DNA of 64,000 nt from Candidatus Zixiibacteriota bacterium (GCA_035687145.1 DASRYM010000044.1:31821-95820); one strand, 5' to 3'. Positions 20,522-30,184 are shown, counted from the stretch's first letter. The notes: generated from the letters alone by a model not told the origin. Made by a program: numbers and translations.

Positions 20522-22535
20522 GCGCCTCGTCGGCCGGAGGCAGGTCGTTGCCGGCAACCAGCCGTGCCTGGCGGAAGCAGGCCGCCGCGGCCGGGCGATC
20601 GCCCCGTGCCTCGTACCGGTCGCCGAGCGCCAGCAGCAGGTCCACGAACCGGCCGCGCAGCAGCGCGCGCCGCTCCTCGACGTACTCCGAGTCGCCGTAG
20701 AACGGGCAGTCGTCCAGGTAGTCGCCGCGGTACAGCGAGCGGGCGTGCTCGAGGTGTGCCAGCGCCTCGTGTGGCTCACCGCTGGCGCCGGCCGCGGCCA
20801 TGGCTGCCTCGAAGGCGGTCACATCGTTCCAGGCGATGAGCGCCGGGTCCAGGTGGTAGCGGTCGTTGTGGAACGTGATGGCCTGCCCGCGGTTGCCGCC
20901 GCGCCGCCCGGGCTCGAGGGTGGTCCGCAGCCCGCCCAGCGTGCGGTGGAAGGCGAGGTCAGCCCTGTCGAGGTCGACGTCCGGCCAGATGAGCTCGACG
21001 ATCTCGTCCTTGCCGGCGCCCCGCTCGCCGCGGTCCAGGAGGAAGGCGAACAGCGCCTCGGCCTGGCGCGTGCCGGCCTTTGCCCCGCCCCACTGCCGGA
21101 TGAGCTCGCCGTCGCGCTCCACGCGCAGCGGGCCGAGGGCGAACACCTTCAGCCGCCCGGCGGCTCCCTCCGCCTCCCCGGCCAGGGCCGCGTGAAGGGC
21201 GCTGCCGGTGGTCAGCACGTCCGCGCGCTCGGCGGACAGTCGATCCAGGGCCTCGACCTGCTCCTGCTCGGCGGCGGCCAGCCGCAGCGAGCCGGCGAGG
21301 TAGGCGGCCGCCAGGCGGAGGAGCTCGACCTCGTCCGAGGTGTAGGGCAGGCCGGAGCGCTTCGGCCCCAGCTGGAGCTCGCCCAGGCGCTGGCCATCGG
21401 TCACCAGGGGGAGGCGCACGCCGAGGGGCGCATCGAGGTCCAGCCGGCCGTCGGCGGCGATCAGCTGCGCATCGGTGCCCACCATGCGCGCGCCGGTCAG
21501 CCCGAACGACCGGTTCAGGCGGGCCAGGGCGGGATGCAGGCTGCCGGCCGGGGCCTGGGCGCTGAGCACCGGCTCGCCCAGCGCTCGCAGCAGCCGGTGG
21601 TAGGCGGCCTCGCGCGGGGTGCGCTCCAGGATCCAGCGTCGGGCGAGGCCGGCGGCCGGCTCCCAGAGGGCCACGGTGGCCACCAGCCCGATGGCGATGA
21701 CCAGCGGCAGCTCGATGCCCAGCGCGTCCCGCACCAGCCGATCGGCGCCCACCAGCAGGCCGACGTAGGCGGTCACCCCCAAAGCGCCGATCAGGGAGTA
21801 GCGGAACGTGCGGCCGGCGACCTCGGCCGAGAAGAAGATGCGCTGGGCGAAGACGGCGTAGGTGGCCAGGATGGCGGCCAGCGTGACCAACGAGACGCCC
21901 AGCCACCGATCCGTGTCGGACAGCGGCGGGGTGAAGCGCACCGCGCCGCCCAGGGCACCGACCGCCACGGTGGCCAGCGCGGCCTGCAGCTGGCGCCGAC
22001 GCGCGACGTCGCCGCCGGCCTTGCGCAACGCGACGATGATCCATCCCAGCGCAGTGGCGAACAGGCCGATGCGGATCACGATCCAGGCCCAGCCGAAGAC
22101 CTCGCCGGGGATGGCCGCGAGCTCGAAGTGGGGCGGCGTGACGGCGAACTTCGCCTCGGGGTTGACGACCGAGGGGATGGTCGCCACCAGGGCCAGCGCG
22201 TAGGCGGCCGCGACGTTCAGGCGCTGCCAGCCGGACCAGCGCCCCTCGGCCGACACGGCGATGGCGATGTGCGGCGTGGCCGCCACCACGAAGAAGGCGG
22301 CCACGTCCTCGACCGAGTTGGTGACGCGGTCGACCAGCGGCACGTCCGACAGGCGCTGGACGATGACGGCCAGGCTCCAGCTGGTCAGGAAGAGGGTGAT
22401 CAGCCCGAAGGCGCGCGTGGCGGGGGACGCGGGCGAGCGAACCGTGACGGTCAGCCCCAACCAGGTGGCCAGGACGGCGGTCGCGCCGTGCGCCGCGAGC
22501 TCGAGCGCCTCGCGCGGTGGTAGATCAGGGACCAC
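20496..22535 (-). CDS. membrane-anchored SARP-family regulator (polytopic N-domain, GAF-like middle, OmpR-type wHTH plus BTAD)
   Basis: GTG is preceded by GAGGGAGGG. About 8 predicted TM helices occupy the first ~330 aa. The C-terminus, LKVFALGPLRVERDG...AEALFAFLL...DEIVELIWPD...FHRTLGGLR followed by RSLYRGDYLDD, is a typical SARP/BTAD domain. Confidence 0.75.
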   Translation of the reverse strand: MVPDLPPREALELAAHGATAVLATWLGLTVTVRSPASPATRAFGLITLFLTSWSLAVIVQRLSDVPLVDRVTNSVEDVAAFFVVAATPHIAIAVSAEGRWSGWQRLNVAAAYALALVATIPSVVNPEAKFAVTPPHFELAAIPGEVFGWAWIVIRIGLFATALGWIIVALRKAGGDVARRRQLQAALATVAVGALGGAVRFTPPLSDTDRWLGVSLVTLAAILATYAVFAQRIFFSAEVAGRTFRYSLIGALGVTAYVGLLVGADRLVRDALGIELPLVIAIGLVATVALWEPAAGLARRWILERTPREAAYHRLLRALGEPVLSAQAPAGSLHPALARLNRSFGLTGARMVGTDAQLIAADGRLDLDAPLGVRLPLVTDGQRLGELQLGPKRSGLPYTSDEVELLRLAAAYLAGSLRLAAAEQEQVEALDRLSAERADVLTTGSALHAALAGEAEGAAGRLKVFALGPLRVERDGELIRQWGGAKAGTRQAEALFAFLLDRGERGAGKDEIVELIWPDVDLDRADLAFHRTLGGLRTTLEPGRRGGNRGQAITFHNDRYHLDPALIAWNDVTAFEAAMAAAGASGEPHEALAHLEHARSLYRGDYLDDCPFYGDSEYVEERRALLRGRFVDLLLALGDRYEARGDRPAAAACFRQARLVAGNDLPPADEALTRLGAAT

Positions 22536-22656
22536 GGCGGCCCTCCCTCAGCCGGCGGCAACCGATGGCACGTTACGCCTCGCCCGGGGCGCGCACAAGG
22601 GGGAATCGGTGCAGCGCGACACCCGAGCTGTCCGATAAGCGGTTGATAACGGTCCG

Positions 22657-25600
22657 GTGAATCCCCTTCCGGCTACCATCGACGACGTGCGCGCGGTGCA
22701 GCCGTCCCCGAACCAGCTTCCCATCTTCGAGGAGCTGGCCGCCGCTCCGGCGCCGCGCCGCCGGCCGCACCTGCGCATCCAGCCCCCGCTGCTGGCTGAC
22801 CTCACCCCGCGCCAGCGCAAGGCCGTCACCCATGGCGAGGGGCCGCTGCTGATCGTGGCCGGGGCAGGGACCGGCAAGACCACGGTCATCACCCGCCGCA
22901 TCGCCTGGCTCATCGCCGAGAAGAAGGCCAAGCCCTCGGAGATCCTGGCCCTGACCTTCACCGACCGCGCCGCCCTGGAGATGATCGAGCGCGTGGACCG
23001 CCTGGTGCCCTACGGCTACACGGACACGGTGATCAGCACCTTCCACGCCTTCGGCGACCGGCTGCTGCGCGAGCACGCCCTGGAGGCCGGGCTGTCGGAT
23101 CGGTCCACCGTCCTGTCGCGCGCCGAGCAGGTCATCTTCCTGCGCGAGCACCTCTTCGAGCTCCCGTTGGACCGATACCGCCCGCTCGGCGACCCGACCC
23201 GCTTCCTGCACGCCCTGGTGACCCTCATCAGCCGGGCGCGGGACGAGGACGTGACGCCGGCCGACTACCGGCGCGCCGCCGAGCGGCTGGCCGAGCGCGC
23301 GGCGGCCAACCCGGAGGATGCCGCCCTGGCCGAGGAGGCGGCCCAGCAGGAGGAACTGGCCGCCCTGTACGAGGCCTACGAACGCCTGATGCGGGCGCAC
23401 GACCGGATCGACTTCGGCGACCAGGTCAGCCTGGCCCTGCGCATGCTGCGCGAGCACCCGGCGATCCTGGAGCGGGAGCGCCGTCGCTTCCGCTACATCC
23501 TGGTCGACGAGTTCCAGGACACCAACCACGCCCAGTTCGAGCTGGTCAAGCTGCTGGCCGGCGGCCCGAACGCCAACGTCACGGTGGTGGGGGACGACGA
23601 CCAGAGCATCTACCGCTTCCGGGGCGCCGCACTGTCGAACATCCTGGGCTTTCGCGCAGCGTATCCCGGCGCGGCGTCGGTGGTCCTGACCGACAACTTC
23701 CGCAGCCGCCAGCCGATCCTGGACGCCGCGCATCGCCTGATCCGGCACAACGACCCGTACCGCCTGGAGGCGCGCGAGGGGCTGGACAAGCGGCTCGTGG
23801 CGCGCGCCACCTTCACGCGGCCGGCTCCGCCTGACGGACCCATGCAGCTGCTGGCCTTCGACACCGTTTCCGACGAGGCGGACGCGGTGGCGGAGCGGAT
23901 CGCGGCCTCCATGCGCGCCGGTCGGCCGGCCGGCGACCACGCGATCCTGGTGCGCACCAACCGGGACGCGGATCCGTTCCTGCGCTCGCTGAACATGGCC
24001 CGCATCCCGTGGCGCTTCTCCGGGACGGCCGGCCTCTACCACCAGCCCGAGGTGCGGCTGCTGGTCAGCTTCCTGCGGGCCGTCAACGACCCGGAGGACT
24101 CGGTCAGCTGCTACGACCTGGCCACCTCCGAGGTCTTCGGCCTGGACGCCGCCGACGTGACCCGCGCGCTGAACGCCGCCACCCGACGGCGCATCGGGCT
24201 GGAGGCGGCCCTGCGCCAGGGTGCCGCACGGGAGGAGGGCGGACCCTTCGGCCCGCGCGCCATGGAGGTCGTGCGCCGGCTGCTGGCCACGCTCGACCAG
24301 CATCGGTCCATGAGCGTCGAGCGCACCACCGGCGAGCTGCTCTACCACTTCATGACCTCGACCGGCTGGCTGGGCCGCCTGGCCCGCGAGGCGCGCGAGC
24401 ACGGCGAGGAGCGCCTGGCCAACGTGGCGCGCTTCTTCGAGATCGTGCGCCGCCAGTCGTCGCTGCTGCGCGACGACCGGCTGCCGTTCCTGGTCGAGCA
24501 ACTGAACACGCTGATCGAGGCCGGCGACGACCCGTCGACCGCCGACGTCGAGCCGGACGAGGGAGACGCCGTCCACGTCCTGACCTACCACAAGGCCAAG
24601 GGCCTGGAGTTCCCGGTGGTCTTCATGGTCGGGCTGGCGGACGACCGCTTCCCGACCCGCAGCCGCGGGGACGGCCTGCCCCTCCCCGCCGAGCTGGTGC
24701 GGGAGCCGCTGCCGGAGGGCGACCACCACGTGGGCGAGGAGCGGCGCCTCTTCTACGTGGGCATGACCCGCGCCCGCGAGGAGCTGGTCATGACCTGGGC
24801 GCGCGACTACGGCGGGCGCGCCGCGCGGCGCCTGTCGCCGTTCGTGCTCGAGGCGCTGGACCTGCCGCCGGCCACCCCGGTCGAGACCCTGCGCCCCTCG
24901 GTCGCCGAGCGCCTGGCCCGCAACGAGCGGCCTGCCCGCTCGCCGGCCGCGCCGGCCCGCCCGTCGCTGTCGGACCGGCCGCTGTCCCTCAGCTACGGCC
25001 AGATCAGCGACTACCAGGACTGCCCGGCCCGCTACCGCTATGCCCACGTCATCGGCATCCCGACCCCGGCGTCGCACCAGATGGCGTACGGCCGTGCCCT
25101 GCACGCCGCGGTGCAGGCCTTCCACCGGCGGCAGCTGGCCGGCGAGCGCATGACGCTCGACGAGCTGTACGCCGAGCTGGACCGCGGCTGGGAGTCGGTC
25201 GGCTTCCTGACCCGCCAGCACGAGGAGGCGCGGCGCGCGGCGGCCCGTGAGGCGTTGGAGCGGTTCTGGACGGAGCAGCAGTCCGATCCGGCGCGGCCGG
25301 TGGCCGTCGAGCAGGACTTCAGCGTGCAGATCGGCCGGGACCGGGTACGCGGCCGCTACGACCGGGTTGACCAGGACCCGGACGGCCGGGTGACCATCAC
25401 CGACTACAAGACGGCCGACGTCCGCGACCCGGCCACCGCCAATCGGCGCGCCCGCGACTCCCTGCAGCTGTCGATCTACGCACTGGCCTACGAGGCCCAG
25501 CACGGTCGGCCGCCGGACGAGGTGGCGCTCCACTTCCTGGACTCCGGGCTGGTGGGCCGCGCCGCGCCATCGGCCCGGCGCCTGGAGCGTGCCGCCGAGC

Positions 25601-25713
25601 AGGTGGTGGCGGTGGGGGAGGCCATCCGGGCCGGGCGGTTCGAGGCCGCGCCGTCACCCATGAAGTGTGGCTTCTGCCCGTTCCGGGAGATCTGCCCGGA
25701 CGCGCTGCGCTGA
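22657..25713 (+). CDS. UvrD/PcrA-type SF1 helicase fused to a RecB/Cas4-like PD-(D/E)XK nuclease with four Cys
   Basis: Helicase motifs are AGAGTGKTT (Walker A) and DEFQDTN (motif II). The C-terminal nuclease has ITDYKT and QLSIYA. The cysteines are DCPARY...CGFCPFREIC, an Fe-S-type arrangement. Confidence 0.9.
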   Translation: MNPLPATIDDVRAVQPSPNQLPIFEELAAAPAPRRRPHLRIQPPLLADLTPRQRKAVTHGEGPLLIVAGAGTGKTTVITRRIAWLIAEKKAKPSEILALTFTDRAALEMIERVDRLVPYGYTDTVISTFHAFGDRLLREHALEAGLSDRSTVLSRAEQVIFLREHLFELPLDRYRPLGDPTRFLHALVTLISRARDEDVTPADYRRAAERLAERAAANPEDAALAEEAAQQEELAALYEAYERLMRAHDRIDFGDQVSLALRMLREHPAILERERRRFRYILVDEFQDTNHAQFELVKLLAGGPNANVTVVGDDDQSIYRFRGAALSNILGFRAAYPGAASVVLTDNFRSRQPILDAAHRLIRHNDPYRLEAREGLDKRLVARATFTRPAPPDGPMQLLAFDTVSDEADAVAERIAASMRAGRPAGDHAILVRTNRDADPFLRSLNMARIPWRFSGTAGLYHQPEVRLLVSFLRAVNDPEDSVSCYDLATSEVFGLDAADVTRALNAATRRRIGLEAALRQGAAREEGGPFGPRAMEVVRRLLATLDQHRSMSVERTTGELLYHFMTSTGWLGRLAREAREHGEERLANVARFFEIVRRQSSLLRDDRLPFLVEQLNTLIEAGDDPSTADVEPDEGDAVHVLTYHKAKGLEFPVVFMVGLADDRFPTRSRGDGLPLPAELVREPLPEGDHHVGEERRLFYVGMTRAREELVMTWARDYGGRAARRLSPFVLEALDLPPATPVETLRPSVAERLARNERPARSPAAPARPSLSDRPLSLSYGQISDYQDCPARYRYAHVIGIPTPASHQMAYGRALHAAVQAFHRRQLAGERMTLDELYAELDRGWESVGFLTRQHEEARRAAAREALERFWTEQQSDPARPVAVEQDFSVQIGRDRVRGRYDRVDQDPDGRVTITDYKTADVRDPATANRRARDSLQLSIYALAYEAQHGRPPDEVALHFLDSGLVGRAAPSARRLERAAEQVVAVGEAIRAGRFEAAPSPMKCGFCPFREICPDALR

Positions 25714-25726
25714 GGACGCCCGGTCG

Positions 25727-26134
25727 ATGAGCGGCCGCACCCGGCTGGTCGTGCTGGGGCTGGCGCTGCTGGCGCTCGTGACCGGCGCCGTGCTGCTCGC
25801 CTTCGCCGCTTCGTCCTGTCCGGTGGACCTGCCGAACCAGCCCTGCCCGGAGGCGGGGTTCAACCGGGCCGTGGTGGTCGGGCTGGCCGCTGCCACCGCC
25901 GGGCTGCTGGTCGCGCCCTTCGCATTCCTGGCCGAGTTCGCGGCCCGGCGACGGATCGTCTACCGCGGGGCCTGGGGCCGTGCCGCCCGCCGCGGGCTGC
26001 TGGCGGCCGCGGTGGTCGCCGCCCTGGCCGGCCTGCGGATCGGCGACGCGCTGACCGTGCCGGTCGCCCTCTTCGTGGTCGTGCTGGCCGGCATGGTCGA
26101 GTGGTTCGCCGTGCGACGCTTCGACCTGCCGTGA
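25727..26134 (+). CDS. hypothetical 4-TM membrane protein
   Basis: There are four hydrophobic segments. The stop overlaps the next start (GTGA). Confidence 0.55.
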   Translation: MSGRTRLVVLGLALLALVTGAVLLAFAASSCPVDLPNQPCPEAGFNRAVVVGLAAATAGLLVAPFAFLAEFAARRRIVYRGAWGRAARRGLLAAAVVAALAGLRIGDALTVPVALFVVVLAGMVEWFAVRRFDLP

Positions 26135-26994
26135 GCTCGGACATCTTCCAGGGCCAGGGGGCGGACCCGGACCTCCTCGCCGAGCTGTACGACCTCGAGC
26201 ACGACGCGGTCGTCGAGGACCTGGCCTTCTACCGGGAGATGACCCGCCGCACGCGCGGGGCGGTGCTGGACGTCGGCTGCGGGTCCGGGCGGCTGTTCCG
26301 GAGCATCATCGAGGGCGGTGCCCGACGAGTGGTCGGGGTGGACGGCTCGGCCGCGCTGCTGCGGCGCGCGGAGCAGCGGATCGCCGCCGATCCCCAGCTC
26401 AGGGCCGCTCGCGACGAGGGGCGCCTGGAGCTGGTGCACGGCGACGTGCGCCACCTGCCTGCCCTGAACCTGGGCGCCAGGCTGCCGGGGCGGGGCGCCG
26501 CCCTGATGGTCGTCGCCGGCGTGCTGCCGCACCTCGACGGCCCGGAGGACGCGCTGGCCCTGCTGAACGGCCTGGCACGGCTGCTGGCGCCGGACGGCAG
26601 CGCGGTGCTGGACGACCTGGGGCCGGCGCTGCTCCCCGAGCGGGACATGCCGCTCTCGGTCGACTGGCAGCGGTCCGTCGAGGGGCGGACGATCGTGCGG
26701 CGCAGCCAGCTGACCCGCCGCCAGGCGCCCGAGGGGGTGCGCGTTTCCTTCTCCACCATCGTGGATGTGGGGTACCCCGATGGTACGATAGCGCGGCTTC
26801 CGGCAGCCTATCGGCTCTGGTACCCATCACCTGACGCGCTCGACGCGCTCGTCCGGGAGGCCGGTCTGGCGGTGGAGCTCGCCTACGGCTCGCACGACCT
26901 GGACCCGCTGGACGGGGACAGCGAGCGACGGATCCTGGTGGTCCGGCACGCCGTGGCTGACGGGAAGGGCTCCCGGCGCGGACAGGCGACCTGA
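26131..26994 (+). CDS. class I SAM-dependent methyltransferase
   Basis: Motif I is VLDVGCGSGRL. The acidic post-I residue and motif II are present. Confidence 0.8.
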   Translation: MSSDIFQGQGADPDLLAELYDLEHDAVVEDLAFYREMTRRTRGAVLDVGCGSGRLFRSIIEGGARRVVGVDGSAALLRRAEQRIAADPQLRAARDEGRLELVHGDVRHLPALNLGARLPGRGAALMVVAGVLPHLDGPEDALALLNGLARLLAPDGSAVLDDLGPALLPERDMPLSVDWQRSVEGRTIVRRSQLTRRQAPEGVRVSFSTIVDVGYPDGTIARLPAAYRLWYPSPDALDALVREAGLAVELAYGSHDLDPLDGDSERRILVVRHAVADGKGSRRGQAT

Positions 26995-27013
26995 GCGAGG
27001 ACAAGAGGGGCAA

Positions 27014-28165
27014 GTGGCAGCAGAGCAGATCCGGCTCCTGGTGGTGGAGGACGTTCCGCAGGTGGCGTCGCACATGCGATCCCTGCTGAACGCGCAGTCC
27101 CAGATCAAGATGCTCGAGGTGGTGACCTCGGGCGACCGTGCGGTGGCGGCGGCCGGTGAGTTCAAGCCGGACGTGGTGATCGTCGACGCCCTGCTCCAGG
27201 GACGGGTGTCCGGCGAGCAGGTGGCGAAAGGGATCCGCGAGGCGGAGCCGCAGATCGGCATCATCATGCTGACGGTCCCGCAAAACCCGGTAGGTGAGAA
27301 CCCCGAGCGCGGCGTCGACGCCGTGCTGAAGATGCCCTTCACCGGCTTCGACCTGACCACCACCATCCGCAAGACCTACGAGGAGCGCACCCTCACCGCC
27401 TCCCGCGCCGGATCGATGATCGTCACCCTCTTCTCGCCGAAGGGCGGCGTGGGGCGCACCACCATCGCCTACAACCTGGCCGTGGCCCTGGCCGCTACCC
27501 ACCGGGTCTGCCTGATCGACGGCTCGCTGCAGTTCAGCGACCTGCGCGGGCTGCTGCGGGTGCCGGCCACCGCCCCCTCCATGGTCAACCTGCCGACCGA
27601 CCGCATCCGCGAGTCGGACGTGGCCGAGGTGGTCTGGAAGGACCCGTCCGGGGTCGACATCCTGCTGGCCCCGCCGCGGGTCGAGATGGCGGAGATGATC
27701 ACCACGCGTGACCTGGAGAAGGCGTTGTCGATCATCCGCCAGCTGTACGAGTTCGTGGTGATCGACACTCGGCCGGCCCTGTCGGACGACGTGCTGGTCT
27801 ACCTTGACGCCTCGGATCTCATCCTCCAGGTGCTCGAGTACGACTCGATGGCCATCCGCGCCCTGGCCATGGCCGGCGAGGCCTTCGAGGCCATCGGCTA
27901 CCCGCCCACCAAGCTGGCCACCGTCCTGAACCGGGCCGACTCAGCCGGTGGATTCAACCGGGCCGATGTGGAGGCCGCCATCGGCCGCCCCATCGACTAC
28001 GAGGTGGTCTCCGACGGACGCCTGGTGGTCGCCGCCAACAACGAGGGCGTGCCGTTCGTGTCCGGCAGCCCGGACGCGCCGATCTCGCAGGGCATCCGGC
28101 GCATCGCCGACTCGCTGGCCGCCTTCCTCCAGGCCCGGCAGCCGGCGCTCGTGGCGCACCGCTGA
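27014..28165 (+). CDS. response-regulator receiver fused to a MinD/ParA-type ATPase (CpaE/TadZ-like) with a P-loop Lys-to-Arg substitution
   Basis: The receiver is canonical (LLVVED, VVIVDAL, IIMLT, LKMPF). Walker A reads SPKGGVGRTT (codon cgc), so the signature Lys is kept but the GK[ST] lysine is Arg. It is a paralogue of 3298-4521. Confidence 0.8.
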   Translation: MAAEQIRLLVVEDVPQVASHMRSLLNAQSQIKMLEVVTSGDRAVAAAGEFKPDVVIVDALLQGRVSGEQVAKGIREAEPQIGIIMLTVPQNPVGENPERGVDAVLKMPFTGFDLTTTIRKTYEERTLTASRAGSMIVTLFSPKGGVGRTTIAYNLAVALAATHRVCLIDGSLQFSDLRGLLRVPATAPSMVNLPTDRIRESDVAEVVWKDPSGVDILLAPPRVEMAEMITTRDLEKALSIIRQLYEFVVIDTRPALSDDVLVYLDASDLILQVLEYDSMAIRALAMAGEAFEAIGYPPTKLATVLNRADSAGGFNRADVEAAIGRPIDYEVVSDGRLVVAANNEGVPFVSGSPDAPISQGIRRIADSLAAFLQARQPALVAHR

Positions 28166-28171
28166 GCGGCG

Positions 28172-28996
28172 GTGGCGCGCGCAGCCGACGCCCGGCCCAT
28201 CGGTGTCTTCGACTCGGGCGTCGGCGGGCTGACCGTCCTCTCCGAGCTGCGCCGCCGCCTGCCGGACGAGTCGACCGTCTACCTGGGCGACAACGCCCGC
28301 ACCCCGTACGGGCCGCGACCCGCCGACGAGGTGCAGCGCTTCACCCGTGAGGGCGTGGACTGGCTGCTGCGCCAGGACATCAAGCTGCTGGTGCTGGCCT
28401 GCAACACCGCCACCGCCCGGGCCCTGCCCCTGGTGCGCGAGCAGGCGCCGGTCCCGGTGCTGGGCGTGGTGCGTCCCGGGGCGGTGACCGCCGCGGCCGC
28501 CACGCGGGCCGGGCACGTGGGAGTCATCGCCACCGCCGGGACCGTGGAGTCGGGCGCCTACCCGTCCGCGATCACCGAGGCCGATCCCCACCTGGTGGTG
28601 AGCCAGCAGGCCTGCCCCGACCTCGTCCCGCTGGTGGAGGCCGGCCAGCTGGACGGGCCGGAGACGGAGCGGGCGGTGGCCGGCTACCTCGGCGAGCTGC
28701 TCGGCCGCGACCCGGCGATCGACACCCTCCTGCTGGGCTGCACCCACTACCCGCTGCTGCGCCCGGTCATCGAGCGCACCGTGGGCCCGCGCGTCGCCGT
28801 GGTGGACTCGGCGTTCACCACCGCGATTGCCGCGGAGGACCTGCTGGACGCGCTGGGCCTGCGCGCGGCGCCGGACGGCGGGGCGACCCACCGGGTGGCG
28901 ACCACCGGCGACGTGGCCGCCTTCCGCGGCGTGGCCGAGCGGCTGTTCGGCGCATCCCTGCCCAACGTCGAGGCGGTGGAGCTGGCGCCGGTCTAG
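28172..28996 (+). CDS. murI: glutamate racemase
   Basis: Motifs are FDSGVGGLTV, the catalytic-Cys block LACNTA, and the second-Cys block GCTHYPLL. Confidence 0.9.
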   Translation: MARAADARPIGVFDSGVGGLTVLSELRRRLPDESTVYLGDNARTPYGPRPADEVQRFTREGVDWLLRQDIKLLVLACNTATARALPLVREQAPVPVLGVVRPGAVTAAAATRAGHVGVIATAGTVESGAYPSAITEADPHLVVSQQACPDLVPLVEAGQLDGPETERAVAGYLGELLGRDPAIDTLLLGCTHYPLLRPVIERTVGPRVAVVDSAFTTAIAAEDLLDALGLRAAPDGGATHRVATTGDVAAFRGVAERLFGASLPNVEAVELAPV

Positions 28997-29006
28997 ACTC
29001 AGGCGC

Positions 29007-30164
29007 ATGACACGCAACGCCGGCCGGCTGGGAGCCGGGATCCTGATCGGCGGCCTGCTGGCCATGGGCGCCACCGTCGCCCAGCGCGAGATCATGCGCC
29101 GCGCCGGGACGCGGCTCATCGACTGGGGCGCGGTGCGCTCGATCGCCTGGCGCCGGCTGGGGACCGACGGCGCCCCGCTGCCGGCCGCGCTGCGGGCCGA
29201 GGCGGAGGAGCACTACCGCCGAGAGCTGCTGCGCATCGAGCCGGTGGTGGCCGAGGAGATCGGTCGCCCGCTGCCGGCCGCGCTGGAGACCCCGGCCGTG
29301 GTCGATCGTCGCGAGTGGATCGACCTCAACCTGGCCACCTTCGAGGTGCTCTTCGGCCGCGTGGAGCGCGTGGTCGAGGCCCACCAGAGCGGGCCGGACA
29401 CCCCGGGGCGCGCGCTGGCGCGCATCGTGAACCGCTCGGTCGGCAACCAGCAGCTCGGCTTCCTGCTGGCCTTCCTGGCCCGCAAGGTCCTGGGCCAGTA
29501 CGACGTCAGCCTGCTGGCCGCCGCGCCCGGCGCCCGCGGCCGGCTGCACTTCGTGGAGCCGAACATCGTCGGCACGGCGGCCGCCATGCGCCTGCCGCTC
29601 GACCAGTTCCGCACCTTCATCGCCCTCCACGAGGCGACCCACGCCTTCGAGTTCGAGGCCTACCCCTGGACCCGCGAGCACTTCGCCGGGCTGGTGGCCG
29701 AGGCCATCGAGCAGCTGGCCACCGACTCGGGCGGGATGCTGGGCCGCCTGCAGCAGGCCCTCTCGCAGCGCGGCGGGCATTGGCTGGAGCGGATGATGAC
29801 GGCGCGCCAGCTGCAGACGTTCCAGCGCACGCAGGCGCTGATGTCCCTCCTGGAGGGCTACTCGAACCACGTCATGAACGCGGCCGGGGAGCGGCTGCTG
29901 CCCGGCTTCGGCGAGATCCACGAGCGCTTCGAGCGACGCAACGAGGCCCGCACCGCGGTGGAGCGCATGATCATGCGGGTCACCGGCCTGGACCTGAAGA
30001 TGGAGCAGTACGCGGCGGGGGAGCGCTTCGTGAAGGCGGTGATCGCCGCCCGCGGGCGGGACTTCCTGAACCGGGTCTGGCAGGGCCCCGAGCAGCTCCC
30101 CAGCCTGGACGAGATCCGGGCGCCGGACCGATGGATCAGCCGCATCGAGGAGGCCGCTCCCTGA
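29007..30164 (+). CDS. zinc-dependent metalloprotease (DUF2342 / F420-biosynthesis-associated hydrolase family)
   Basis: An N-terminal TM helix is followed by the HExxH motif in ALHEATHAFEF. The overall length and layout fit the DUF2342 family. Confidence 0.75.
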   Translation: MTRNAGRLGAGILIGGLLAMGATVAQREIMRRAGTRLIDWGAVRSIAWRRLGTDGAPLPAALRAEAEEHYRRELLRIEPVVAEEIGRPLPAALETPAVVDRREWIDLNLATFEVLFGRVERVVEAHQSGPDTPGRALARIVNRSVGNQQLGFLLAFLARKVLGQYDVSLLAAAPGARGRLHFVEPNIVGTAAAMRLPLDQFRTFIALHEATHAFEFEAYPWTREHFAGLVAEAIEQLATDSGGMLGRLQQALSQRGGHWLERMMTARQLQTFQRTQALMSLLEGYSNHVMNAAGERLLPGFGEIHERFERRNEARTAVERMIMRVTGLDLKMEQYAAGERFVKAVIAARGRDFLNRVWQGPEQLPSLDEIRAPDRWISRIEEAAP

Positions 30165-30184
30165 CCGCCCCGAGCCGCGACGGC

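Noticed and set aside
20496-22535. Sensor histidine kinase, suggested by the 7TM-like N-terminus.
   Set aside because: There is no HisKA or HATPase_c motif (H-box, N, G1, G2). The C-terminus is clearly a SARP/BTAD DNA-binding module.
22573-25533. Very long ORFs antisense to, or out of frame with, the called genes. Examples are 22573-25533 (986 aa), 9252-11552, 7850-9325, 30978-33728, 47413-50259, 43210-44118 and 45874-47562.
   Set aside because: Their translations are dominated by Arg, Pro, Gly and Ala with no recognisable motifs. They lie opposite genes with clear family signatures. Stop-poor alternative frames are expected in DNA this GC-rich.
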